Source: Actinomycetes bacterium (lineage in GTDB: Bacteria; Actinomycetota; Actinomycetes; DATJPE01). From it: 64,000 nt of DNA. Location of the stretch: NCBI GenBank assembly GCA_035506535.1, contig DATJPE010000033.1, positions 35,506 through 99,505 of the forward strand, written 5' to 3'. The notes beneath the pieces were generated by a model. That model did no database searches. It worked only from the letters and a program-made list of their open reading frames with translations, and was not told the origin of the DNA. Position numbers and translations under genes: made by a program. Positions 55,258 through 64,000 of this stretch are shown piece by piece (the stretch's first letter is position 1; the number at the start of each line of letters is the position of its first letter).

Positions 55258-58200
55258 TCACGCGGTCGTGTCGAGGGCGACGGCTGAGGCGACGCGGCGA
55301 CGGTCGTCGAGGGCGGCCAGCCACCCGGAGGCGCCGATCCGCTCGTAGACCGACCGGGCCTGGGCGAACCTCGCGGCCGCCTCCTCATGACGACCCTGGC
55401 CGGCGAGCCAGGCGGCGTGGTCCTCGACGGCACGCGCGCCGAGGCCGACGATCCCGAGGGACATCAGCTGGTCGGCGCCCTCACGCAGGTCGGCATCGAC
55501 GCGAGCCGGGTCGTCGCCACGGGCAGCGCCGATCAGGCCGGAGAGCCGGCGGTGGTGCGCCAGCACCGCGGAGGACAAGATCCCCGGCGGCGCATCGGTG
55601 ACGGGCTCGAGCAGCTCCTCCGCCAGGTCGGGGTCGTCGACAGCGAGAGCGGACTCGACGAGCGACGGCCAGACGTGGACGAAGTCGTCCTCGAGGCCGC
55701 TCGCGGCGAGCAGGTGACGCAGGCTCTCGCGCAGCAGCTCCGGAACTCCCGACGTCTCTTCCCTGCGGACCAGCTCGTTGGCGCGCTCGGAACCCACCCA
55801 GGCCATGACGTTCTCCTGGTCGGCATCCTCGGACCCGACCGCCGGCCAGCCCCGGCTCTCCCCGCGCGCCTCGTCCAGCCACCTCCCGAGAGCCGACACG
55901 ATGGGCAGGACCGACGAGTCGGTCACGTCCGCCGCCTCCTCGTCCATGGACGTCGCGGCCTCGCCGAGCCGACCGCTCAGCCACAGCAGCAGGCAGCGGT
56001 TGATGAAGGCGCCGTCGATCGCATCGCGCACACCGGAGCGGTGTGCCTCCAGCAACGCCTGGTCGGCCCAGCCGCGCGCTACCGCGAGGTCACGCCCGGC
56101 GTCGAGGATGAGCAAGTTGTTCAGGGCGTTGGACAGTGCCTCCGGGAAACCGTGCTCGCGGGCGATCTCGGCGGCGTTGCGATAGGCCAGCCCAGCGGAG
56201 ACCGGCGCCCCCATGACGAGGTACCGGTTGCCGACGTGCAGATGTGCCCGTGACAGCGAGGAGAAGTCGCCGAGGCGCTCGGACAGCTGGAGCCGCAGGT
56301 CGAGGAGCGGGGCCACTCGATCGTCGCCCAGGGAGTCGTAGGCGAGCGAGAGCGCCGACGCCAGGCGCAGGCGCGCAGAGTCGGTCTCGGGGCCGGGCGG
56401 CAGCGCCTCGTGCACGGGGGCGGCGACGCGGACGGCGCCGGCGTTGTCGCCCGCCCTCGCCATCGCCTGGGCCTGGATGCCAGTCGCCATGGCCGCCGAG
56501 ACGGAGTCGCCACGCCCGAGGTGTTCGTGACGCGCCAACTCGGCATGGCTGATCGCTACCGCCCAGGCCCCGGCCTCGTACGCCACCTCGGCAGCGGCCT
56601 GGTGCAGGCGGCCGATGTCTGCAGCGTCCCGGTTGCGTGCGATGGCCGTCTCGAGCAGGCGCAGCGACTCGCCCGGCGAGCCCAGCCGTCGCGCGCGGTC
56701 CGCGGCGCGCTCCAGCCACACACAGGCGCGGGCGATGAGCTCGTCGACGTCGTCGGTGGCCGCCGAGGAGTCGACGGCGTCCAGCAGGTGCTGGGCGACG
56801 ATCGCCGCCAGCTCGTCCGCCGACTCCTGCTGCGACTCGAGGAAGTCCGCGGCGGCGAGGTGCCGCTGTTTTCGCTGCCGCTTGCCCAGCGTCGAGTAGG
56901 CGACCTGGCGGACCACGCCCTGGACGAACCGGTACGAGCCGCGCTCGGCGGAGAAGCGATCGGTCTCGAGACTGAAGATCTCCTTGCGTTGCAAGGAGGC
57001 GAGCACCGGCTCCAGGTCGACAGAGGGGTCGCCGAGCGCTCGCAACCCGCGGTCGGTGAAGGCCAGGCCGAGGACCGAGGCGTCACTGACCACCTGGCGT
57101 TCGACCGGGGTGAGAGTGTCGAGACGCGCGGCGACGAGCGCCTGCAGCGAGGCGGGGGCGCTGCCCTCGGCGGTGGCGACGGTCAGCCGGTCGGTGGCTA
57201 CGTAGCGCCCGCCCGACGGGACGACGAGGTCGTGGTCGATGAGCGAACGCACCGTCTCCACCGCGAACAGCGGGATCCCCTCCGAGCGGCGGGCAAGCTC
57301 GTCGCGCACGGGGGACGGCAGCTCGCCGACGAGTCCGTCGAGCAGCTCCGCCATCACCGGCTCGTCCAGGACGTCCAGGCGGACCACCGAGGTCCGCCGA
57401 CCGCCGAGGTCCGGCCGACGGGCCAGCAGCTCGGGACGTGCCAGCGCGAGGATGAACAGCGCGTGCCGCGCCGTGGAGAGCAGGTAGTCGACGAAGTCGA
57501 GAAGTGCGTCATCGGCGTACTGCGCGTCGTCGATGACCCAGATCACGGGGGCGTCGCCGCCGACCGCGGCGAAGAACGCCGCCCACGCCGCGAACAGCTG
57601 CTCACGCGGGAAGGCGCTGTCGGTGTCGTCACCGATGAGGGTCGCCAGGCGGGGCCGGATCCAGCTGCGCTCGGCCTCGTCCGCGACGTACTGCGCGAGT
57701 CCGGCGTCCAGGGAGTCGAGTGCGCTTCCCGCGTCGTCGGACTCGACGACCTGCAGACGACCCCGAACCGCCTCCGCGAGCGCCCAGAAGGTCGCACCCT
57801 CCCCGTAGGACGGGCACCGGCCCCGGTGCCAGCGCACGGTCGCGGCGAGCCCGTCGCAGTACTTGTCGAACTCCCACGCCAGCCGCGACTTGCCGACTCC
57901 CGCCTCACCGTCCAGCACCACGAGCCGCGGCCGGCCGGCGTCCGCCGTCGCGTGGAACAGGTCCTTGATCAGGCGGACCTCGGCGGCACGGCCCACCAGG
58001 GGCGCCTCGAGCCCGTCCATTCGTCGGGCCCCGCCGACCTCGGCGACGACCTCGCGCGCGTGCCACAGGTGGACCGGCTCGGCCTTCCCCTTGAGCTGGT
58101 GTTCGCCGGCGTCGCGATAGGCCACCGAGCTCGCCGTGAGCGCGTGGGTGGTGTCGTCGACCCAGACCTGCCCGGGCTCGGCGCTCGCCTGGATCCTCGC

Positions 58201-58779
58201 CGCCGTGTTCACCGCGTCGCCGGCGACCATGCCCTCGGCGGTGGCGCCGACGGTCACCGCTACCTCGCCGGTCAGCACGCCCACGCGCATCGCGAGGGTG
58301 GGGACACCCTGCTCGGCGCCCAGGGCCGACACCGCCTGCAGCAGCTCGAGTCCCGCCCGGACCGCGCGCTCCGCGTCGTCCTCCCTGGCGACCGGGACCC
58401 CCCAGACGGCCATCACGGCGTCGCCGATGAACTTCTCGACGGTGCCGCCGTAGCGGCCGATGACGGTGCGGCACCGGTCGAAGTACTGCGACAAGAGGTC
58501 GCGGACCTCCTCGGCGTCCCGGGTCTCGCTCAGCGGGGTGAAGCCCACCAGGTCGGCGAACAGCACCGAGGCCACCCGTCGTTCAGGGAACGCCCCGGAC
58601 TGCTCCCGCTGGGCCGGACGGCCGTTGTCCAGAGCCGTCCCGCACTCCGAGCAGAACCTGCCGCTCGGCGCCGGAGCGCCGCAGCCCGGGCACGCCCGCT
58701 GCGCGAGCGCGGTGCCGCACTCGGGGCAGAACTTCGCACCGGGGACGACCTCGGCGCGACAGGTCGGGCAGGCGCTCAC
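55258..58779 (-). CDS. Double zinc ribbon + class III nucleotide cyclase + STAND NTPase + TPR protein
   Basis: CxxC x4, FADLVGFT, EKFIGDA, GDAVNTAAR, GEAGVGKS, IDDAQYAD, helical C-terminus. Confidence 0.9.
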   Translation of the reverse strand: MSACPTCRAEVVPGAKFCPECGTALAQRACPGCGAPAPSGRFCSECGTALDNGRPAQREQSGAFPERRVASVLFADLVGFTPLSETRDAEEVRDLLSQYFDRCRTVIGRYGGTVEKFIGDAVMAVWGVPVAREDDAERAVRAGLELLQAVSALGAEQGVPTLAMRVGVLTGEVAVTVGATAEGMVAGDAVNTAARIQASAEPGQVWVDDTTHALTASSVAYRDAGEHQLKGKAEPVHLWHAREVVAEVGGARRMDGLEAPLVGRAAEVRLIKDLFHATADAGRPRLVVLDGEAGVGKSRLAWEFDKYCDGLAATVRWHRGRCPSYGEGATFWALAEAVRGRLQVVESDDAGSALDSLDAGLAQYVADEAERSWIRPRLATLIGDDTDSAFPREQLFAAWAAFFAAVGGDAPVIWVIDDAQYADDALLDFVDYLLSTARHALFILALARPELLARRPDLGGRRTSVVRLDVLDEPVMAELLDGLVGELPSPVRDELARRSEGIPLFAVETVRSLIDHDLVVPSGGRYVATDRLTVATAEGSAPASLQALVAARLDTLTPVERQVVSDASVLGLAFTDRGLRALGDPSVDLEPVLASLQRKEIFSLETDRFSAERGSYRFVQGVVRQVAYSTLGKRQRKQRHLAAADFLESQQESADELAAIVAQHLLDAVDSSAATDDVDELIARACVWLERAADRARRLGSPGESLRLLETAIARNRDAADIGRLHQAAAEVAYEAGAWAVAISHAELARHEHLGRGDSVSAAMATGIQAQAMARAGDNAGAVRVAAPVHEALPPGPETDSARLRLASALSLAYDSLGDDRVAPLLDLRLQLSERLGDFSSLSRAHLHVGNRYLVMGAPVSAGLAYRNAAEIAREHGFPEALSNALNNLLILDAGRDLAVARGWADQALLEAHRSGVRDAIDGAFINRCLLLWLSGRLGEAATSMDEEAADVTDSSVLPIVSALGRWLDEARGESRGWPAVGSEDADQENVMAWVGSERANELVRREETSGVPELLRESLRHLLAASGLEDDFVHVWPSLVESALAVDDPDLAEELLEPVTDAPPGILSSAVLAHHRRLSGLIGAARGDDPARVDADLREGADQLMSLGIVGLGARAVEDHAAWLAGQGRHEEAAARFAQARSVYERIGASGWLAALDDRRRVASAVALDTTA

Positions 58780-58847
58780 GTACACCCCCACCCTGCGGTA
58801 GACCGATGCCGAGACGATACCGAGCGGGTCGGCGCCGAGTCCGCTGT

Positions 58848-60620
58848 TCAGCGATTCGCCCCGGTCGTGCCGTCGGGCTCGAGGGCGAGGCAGCGACGAA
58901 TGACCCGTCGGAGGTCCTCGGTCGGGTCGGCCGGCGCTTCGACGCTGCGCCACGCCACATGCTGGTCCGGGCGCACCAGCACGCACCCGGACTCGGCAGT
59001 CTCCGAGAGCTCCGCCCAGGCGCCGTACAGGTCGACGACCTCGCAGCCGGGGCCGATCCGGACTGCCGACAGCGGTACGCCGAGCTCGGCTCCGACCTTC
59101 GCGGCGGCACCCAGCCAGGCGGCACCGCGGTTTCGGGCCAGCAGCGTGAACCGCTCCGGCTCGGCGAGGTCGAGGGTGGAGCGCGTACGACCGTCGACGC
59201 CGACCCAGCAGTGCGGGACGCGAGATCCCGGCCGGCTGCTCGCCTGGTAGTACAGCTCCGGGTCGCGCTCGTCGTGGAGCGGCGCCGCCCCGTCGTCGAT
59301 GACCGCGGCGGAGGCGTACACCTGGTTCATCTCCACGCCGTGCGCGTGGTAGCTGTACACCTTGGACCGCTTGGCTCGTTCGAACGCCGCGCGGCGCTGC
59401 TCGCCGGCGTCGGTGTCGGCGAAGAGCTCGGCGAACTGAGCCTCGCGGACCTCCGGTGCCGCGGAGGGATCGATGCCCAGCGCCTGGACCACCTCCGGGT
59501 TCTGCCGCCAGCTCGCGATGGCCCGATCCACCACCTGCCGCCCGACCGGCTGCCGCTCGTCGCTGTAGGTCTCGAGCAGCCGCTCCCCCGCTCCCCAGCG
59601 CAGCACCGCGGCGAGCTTCCAGGCCAGGTTGAACGCGTCCTGGATGCAGGTGTTCCCGCCCAGCCCGTTCATCGGCGGGTGCCGGTGGACGGCGTCCCCG
59701 GCGCAGAGGACCCGACCCGCCTGGTAGCGCTCGGCGATGACGTGGTTGATGCGCCACGGGAACACGCCGGTGACCCGGACGTCGATCGTGTCGTCCTGGA
59801 TGATGTCGCGGACGTGCTGCTCGACCTGGGCAGTGCTGAGGTCGGCCACCGATGCCCCGAGGTGGACGAACCCGATGACCCAGTCGTCCCACGGACGAAC
59901 CATGCGCAGCATGGCGTTGCCGAGGTTCTCGGGCCGGTCGGGCTGGAGGATCCAGTACAGCGACCCCGGCCGGTGCGCGACGTGGCGCGAGAGGTCGGCG
60001 CTGAACCGGACGTTGAGCGCGGGCGCGAGTCCCTGGGTCCCGACGAGGGGCAGCCCGACCGCGTCGGCGACCCGGCTCTGACCGCCGTCCGCGCCCACGA
60101 CATAGCGAGACCTCACCTGCAGTTGCTCGCCGCTGACCAGGTCCTCGAGGACCGTGGTGACGCCGTCCTCGTCCTGCTCCAGGGTCAGGAACCTGGTGTC
60201 GAAGCGAACCGTCGCCCCGAGCCGTTGCGCCTCGCCGACCAGGATGGGTTCGAAACGGTGCTGCGGCAAGTCGCACCCACGGCCGGGGCTGGCGGCCGCG
60301 TACTCACCCAGCCGGGCCGGGTCGTTGCCCCACGTCCACATGCGTCCGAACTCGCGTCCGGCGACCGCGGTCATCATCACGTGGTTGGCCATCAGCTCAC
60401 CCGGCGCAGCCTGTTGGTAGCACGCCTCCTCGAGGCCGACGGCCCGCATCACCTCCATGGTCCGCTGATTGATGATGTGCGCCCTCGGCGAGTCGGCGAC
60501 CCAGTGGGTCTGGCTGATCGCGAGGGTGTCGACGCCGTGCCGCGCGAGCAGCAGAGCAGTGCTGGCCCCGGTGAGCCCGGCCCCGACGACCAGCACCTCG
60601 GTGTCGACGCCTAGGGCCAT
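58848..60620 (-). CDS. FAD-dependent phenol monooxygenase (PheA/TfdB-like)
   Basis: VGAGLTG, PRAHIINQR, GADG, GDAVHRHPPMNGLGGN..QDAFNLAWKLA, VRPDQHVAW. Confidence 0.9.
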   Translation of the reverse strand: MALGVDTEVLVVGAGLTGASTALLLARHGVDTLAISQTHWVADSPRAHIINQRTMEVMRAVGLEEACYQQAAPGELMANHVMMTAVAGREFGRMWTWGNDPARLGEYAAASPGRGCDLPQHRFEPILVGEAQRLGATVRFDTRFLTLEQDEDGVTTVLEDLVSGEQLQVRSRYVVGADGGQSRVADAVGLPLVGTQGLAPALNVRFSADLSRHVAHRPGSLYWILQPDRPENLGNAMLRMVRPWDDWVIGFVHLGASVADLSTAQVEQHVRDIIQDDTIDVRVTGVFPWRINHVIAERYQAGRVLCAGDAVHRHPPMNGLGGNTCIQDAFNLAWKLAAVLRWGAGERLLETYSDERQPVGRQVVDRAIASWRQNPEVVQALGIDPSAAPEVREAQFAELFADTDAGEQRRAAFERAKRSKVYSYHAHGVEMNQVYASAAVIDDGAAPLHDERDPELYYQASSRPGSRVPHCWVGVDGRTRSTLDLAEPERFTLLARNRGAAWLGAAAKVGAELGVPLSAVRIGPGCEVVDLYGAWAELSETAESGCVLVRPDQHVAWRSVEAPADPTEDLRRVIRRCLALEPDGTTGANR

Positions 60621-60817
60621 GGGGGCTCTCCTCCTGGTGCACCGGCGCCGGCCGAGCGGGCGCGCCTCGTGCCATCACCCTGTCGCGGTCACCTCCGAAG
60701 GGAAGGAGGCCGCCGGGAAAGCAAAGGTTGCAGATTCCGTGATCCCGACTCCGGCGCAGACCACGGTTGGATCGACGTTGCATCGGGCGCGTGACGGCAT
60801 CGGGAACGTGGGGGCAG

Positions 60818-61089
60818 TTCGCCCAGATGCTCCTGGCGCAGGAGTACACCTCGTGGACGCGGGAGAGCGTGGCGCACGCGTGGAGGCCCGTGGGCGTCTC
60901 CTCGGGGCGAGCACTGAGCACCCCTCTCCAGGAGACGACCTACCTCTGCGTGATCGCTCGCGACCACTCCTCGGTGGGCACGCAGGTCCACGTCACGTGG
61001 GGCAGTCCCGGCACGGCTCAACGCGAGATTCGCGCTCTCGTCGTGGCGCTCCCCTTCAAGCGGGACCAACGAAGGACGGACGTGTCTCT
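60818..61089 (+). pseudogene. C-terminal remnant of a GcvT-like aminomethyltransferase (LigM/DesA-like O-demethylase family)
   Basis: PVGVSSGR..YLCVIARDHSSVGTQVHVTWGSPGTAQREIRALV..PFKRDQRR; no N-terminal domain; frame runs on into the convergent GNAT. Confidence 0.55.
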
Positions 61090-61124
61090 CCGGCACCACG
61101 AAGAGCCCGGCCCAGTCGGCTCGA

Positions 61125-61736
61125 TCAGGCGAACGCCGCCTCTCGCCACATCGTCGTCACGACGGGGCCTTCGGAGAACGGCTCGAAGCGGTCGCGCACC
61201 GTGAAGCCGTATCGCTCGTAGAGGGAGACGTTCGCCGGGTTGCTGGCCTCCAGGAAGCACGGCGTGCCGATCTGGTCCACCGCCGCGAGGTTGTCGTCGA
61301 GCAGGCTCAGCCCGCGGCCACGGCCCCGGTGCGCGGGGTCGGTTCCGAGCAGCGAGAGGTAGTGGTGGGGCTCGTCGCGCGGATGGTGCTCGTCGAAGAG
61401 CTCGAACGCGCGCAGCACTCGATCCGCACCCGTTCCAAGTCGCTCGCGGAGCCCGTCCTCGAGCTCCTCCTCCTGCGCCGGTGCCAGCTCGGTTCCCCCG
61501 GGTGGGATCCAGACGGAGACGGCGACCTCGTCGTCCGTGAGCCACACGAAGGGGTAGCGAAGCGCCCCGCTGACGAACAGTCCCCAGAGCCAGCGGTGCT
61601 GTACGCGCCTGGCCGACTCATCCGGGAACGCGGACGCCCAGGTGGGGTCGTCGTGGAAGGCCTCGACCAGGATCTCCACCGCTCGTGCGGTCTGCTGCGT
61701 TCCTTGGACGACATGCGGCGGGTGGCTCTGGCTCAC
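61125..61736 (-). CDS. GNAT N-acetyltransferase
   Basis: AFHDDP, YLSLLGTDPAHRGRGRG, LEAS..NVSLYERYGF. Confidence 0.9.
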   Translation of the reverse strand: MSQSHPPHVVQGTQQTARAVEILVEAFHDDPTWASAFPDESARRVQHRWLWGLFVSGALRYPFVWLTDDEVAVSVWIPPGGTELAPAQEEELEDGLRERLGTGADRVLRAFELFDEHHPRDEPHHYLSLLGTDPAHRGRGRGLSLLDDNLAAVDQIGTPCFLEASNPANVSLYERYGFTVRDRFEPFSEGPVVTTMWREAAFA

Positions 61737-61835
61737 GCGACACCTCCGCAGGACGGGTATCGAAGCATTGTGCCGCTTGCAGCACGTCGTCACCGCTGAG
61801 ATTCGTCGATTCCTGTTGATACGACTGGAGAAGAC

Positions 61836-61857
61836 TGTCGGAGGGCGGGTCTAACGT
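61836..61857 (+). promoter_or_regulatory. PafBC-type (RecA-NDp) promoter TGTCGG-N10-TAACGT
   Basis: Exact match; 7 nt to ATG 61865. Confidence 0.8.
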
Positions 61858-61864
61858 CGTGGGC

Positions 61865-63181
61865 ATGAGAACACTCGCGGCAGCCGCGAGCATGCCGGGT
61901 CCCGCCGCGGTGTCGGCCGCGTCGGAGGCGATCGGTCAGTTGCAGAGCGCCTCGTGGTGGACGGCATCGACGAGCGAGCTCCTCGAGAGTGCCCTCGCGC
62001 TCGAGGAGGTGAACCGCCTCGTGCAGGCCGCGCGTCTGGAGCTGCTCGCCGAAGTCGAGACCCGCGGCGCGGCGATCGAGGCCGGCGGCCGGTCCACCGT
62101 CGACTGGCTGGTCCGCACCGGAGGTCTCTCGCGTCATGAGGCGCGCCGCGTCACGAGGCTCGCCGGCAAGATCGGGACGCACGCGCCCGCGGTCCGCGAC
62201 GCGCTACGCGCCGGCGAGATCGACATCCCGCACGCCGAGGTCATCGCGACGGCGATCCAGGAGCTCACGCAGCGCGCCGCACGGATGCGCGCGCCCCTCG
62301 ACCGGGCCGAGATCGCGAAGGCGGAACAGACGCTGCTCGAACTGGCTCCGTCCTTGGACCCCTCGAGCCTGCGGGCGGCCGCGGCCCACCTGCTCGACCT
62401 GGTCGCGCCGATCCCGCCCGAGGAGAAGGACCTGGTCGAGCCGGTCCGGGAGTTCACCTGCTCGAAGCTGCCGGATGGTTCGGGCTCGGTGCACGGCTCC
62501 CTGGACGCCGAGGGGATGGCCCTGCTCGAGGCGGCGCTCTCGCCGCTGTCCGCACCGCGCCCCACGGCCGCGGACGGACGCGACGCCCGTACGCCGGCAA
62601 GGCGACGCGGCGACGCCCTCGTCGAGCTGGCCCGCCGATCCCTCGCCGACGGCGGACTTCCCGGCGAAGGCGGCTCGCCGGCGACGGTGGTGGTCACCCT
62701 CGACCACCAGTCGCTGGTCGGCAACGTGGGCACTGGCACGCTCGACGACGGGACCGAGCTGGCGCCCGGCCTCGCCCGCCGGCTGGCTTGCGACGCCATG
62801 GTCATCCCGGCCGTGCTGGGGACGTCCTCGCAGGTCCTGGACATCGGGCGCGCCTCCCGAACCGTGCCGGTCGGGATGCGCCGCGCCCTCCTCGTGCGCG
62901 ACGGCGGGTGCGCGTTTCCGGGGTGCGGGCTCCCACCTGCGTGGACGGACGCGCACCACATCGTGCCCTGGTCGCAGGGCGGCGAGACCCGGCTCGACAA
63001 CCTTGTCGCGCTGTGCGGCCACCATCACCGACTCGTCCACCACAGCGACTGGGAGGTCGCCATGGCCCTCGACGGGATGCCGACCTTCCGGCCACCGCCC
63101 GGGCTGGCCGACTCGGTCGTCATGCGCGATCCGACCTGGCGCCTCGACGTCGACCGGCGCTTTGGGTCCGACGCGGCGTAG
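61865..63181 (+). mobile_element. DUF222-HNH endonuclease gene (13E12-repeat-like)
   Basis: GEIDIPHA, RRGDALVEL, RRLACDA, RDGGCAFPGC..DAHHIVPWSQGGETRLDNLVALCGHHH. Confidence 0.9.
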
Positions 63182-63217
63182 GTGAGGTCGGTCGTCGGCT
63201 TGCGGCATGCTGGCCGG

Positions 63218-63805
63218 GTGAGCGACGACGGGCCGACGTACACCACGGGCCTCCTCACGCCCGAGACCTGGGACGACTTCGCCACGCTCGTGGAGGCGAA
63301 CAACGGGGTGTGGGGAGGCTGCTGGTGCATGGGCTTCCACCCGGAGGGCGTCGGCAAGGGCCACACTGTGGCGGGGAACCGAGCCGCGAAGCTCGCCCAT
63401 GTCACTGCGGGCACCGTCCACCAGGTCCTCGTCTACGCGGGCGCGGAGTGCGTCGGGTGGTGCCAGTTCGGCACACCTGTCGAGCTGCCGACCATCAACA
63501 ACCGGGCAACCTACGCCAAGGGCCTGATGGCTCTGCCCGACTGGCGGATCGGGTGCATCTTCACCGGAAGCCGGCACCGGAGGCGCGGCGTGGCCCGCGC
63601 GGCGGTCGCGGGAGCCCTCGCCGCGATCAAGGAGGCAGGCGGCGGCCTCGTCGAGGCCTACCCGGAGCAGGTCGAGGGTCGCGAGCCGCAGCGGGGCGCG
63701 TACTTCCACACCGGCCCCGAGGACCTGTTTACCGACTTCGGCTTCACCCGTGACCGCCAGATCGCCAAGTGGCGATGGGTGATGCGCCTGCGCGTCGAGG
63801 GGTGA
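63218..63805 (+). CDS. GNAT-fold acetyltransferase
   Basis: GGCWCMGFH, VGWCQFG, RRRGVA, VEAYP. Confidence 0.85.
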   Translation: MSDDGPTYTTGLLTPETWDDFATLVEANNGVWGGCWCMGFHPEGVGKGHTVAGNRAAKLAHVTAGTVHQVLVYAGAECVGWCQFGTPVELPTINNRATYAKGLMALPDWRIGCIFTGSRHRRRGVARAAVAGALAAIKEAGGGLVEAYPEQVEGREPQRGAYFHTGPEDLFTDFGFTRDRQIAKWRWVMRLRVEG

Positions 63806-63817
63806 GCGATACACCCG

Positions 63818-63845
63818 TTGACACATTCCAATATCGGAATATGTT
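63818..63845 (+). promoter_or_regulatory. Promoter (TTGACA ... TATGTT) overlaid by the inverted repeat ACACATTCC-N6-GGAATATGT (autoregulatory ArsR operator)
   Basis: 9-6-9 palindrome at 63821-63844 with 1 mismatch; 6 nt to GTG 63852. Confidence 0.65.
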
Positions 63846-63851
63846 TGTCCC

Positions 63852-64000
63852 GTGGCCCGCTCCTCCACCACGTCGGACGTGTTCAACGCGGTTGCGGACG
63901 CACGTCGCCGCGAGATCCTGGACACGCTGATCACCGGCGAGAAGGCGGTCGGGGCGATCGTTGACGACCTGTCGATGCCCCAGCCCCAGGTGTCCAAGCA
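63852..64000 (+). CDS. ArsR/SmtB family regulator (5' part, runs off the window)
   Basis: MARSSTTSDVFNAVADARRREIL..QPQVSK. Confidence 0.85.
   Translation, partial: MARSSTTSDVFNAVADARRREILDTLITGEKAVGAIVDDLSMPQPQVSK

Noticed and set aside
55258-60276. 1672-aa ORF as one giant protein
   Set aside because: The first ~500 codons are a shadow frame over the monooxygenase; the real protein begins at the zinc ribbon (GTG 58779)
1-64000. rRNA, tRNA, CRISPR array, integrase/transposase or prophage
   Set aside because: Intergenic gaps are short and none showed cloverleaf, rRNA or repeat-spacer structure; no such protein motifs seen (checked by eye only)

Overview
A 64 kb chromosomal segment from a very high-GC actinobacterium (Actinomycetota; TANNNT leaderless promoters, DUF222, DUF2510 and DUF3039 genes). 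It carries about 62 CDS or fragments. I found no rRNA, tRNA, CRISPR array, prophage or classical transposase. Main blocks: (1) 0.9-10.6 kb copper locus, with a P1B-1 ATPase, CopC-CopD fusion, YcnI, CopZ and a DUF5134-like membrane protein, enclosing a FecBCDE/BtuCDF-type ABC importer plus an FhuF-like [2Fe-2S] reductase; the importer and copCD-ycnI diverge from two tandem TCTACA-N3-TGTAGA palindromes. (2) SufS-like enzyme, GH18, polar amino-acid ABC transporter with two binding proteins, MFS, PEPCK, cell-wall enzymes, cspA and a P450. (3) Flavodoxin, SulP-hydrolase and hemerythrin genes with DosR-like and PHO-like boxes. (4) A hydrolase-DinB fusion, two DUF222-HNH genes and a TfoX-like gene behind PafBC-type (RecA-NDp) promoters. 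(5) A minimal arcD-arcA-yfcC cluster with no arcB or arcC. (6) Tryptophanase, dioxygenase, FGGY kinase/oxidase trio, ChrA, a STAND adenylate cyclase, a phenol monooxygenase and gene remnants. Best candidates for an undescribed system: the copper-locus metallophore importer/reductase with its shared operator, and the DNA-damage-promoter-driven hydrolase-DinB fusion. Family assignments come from motif recognition by eye; no database searches were run.
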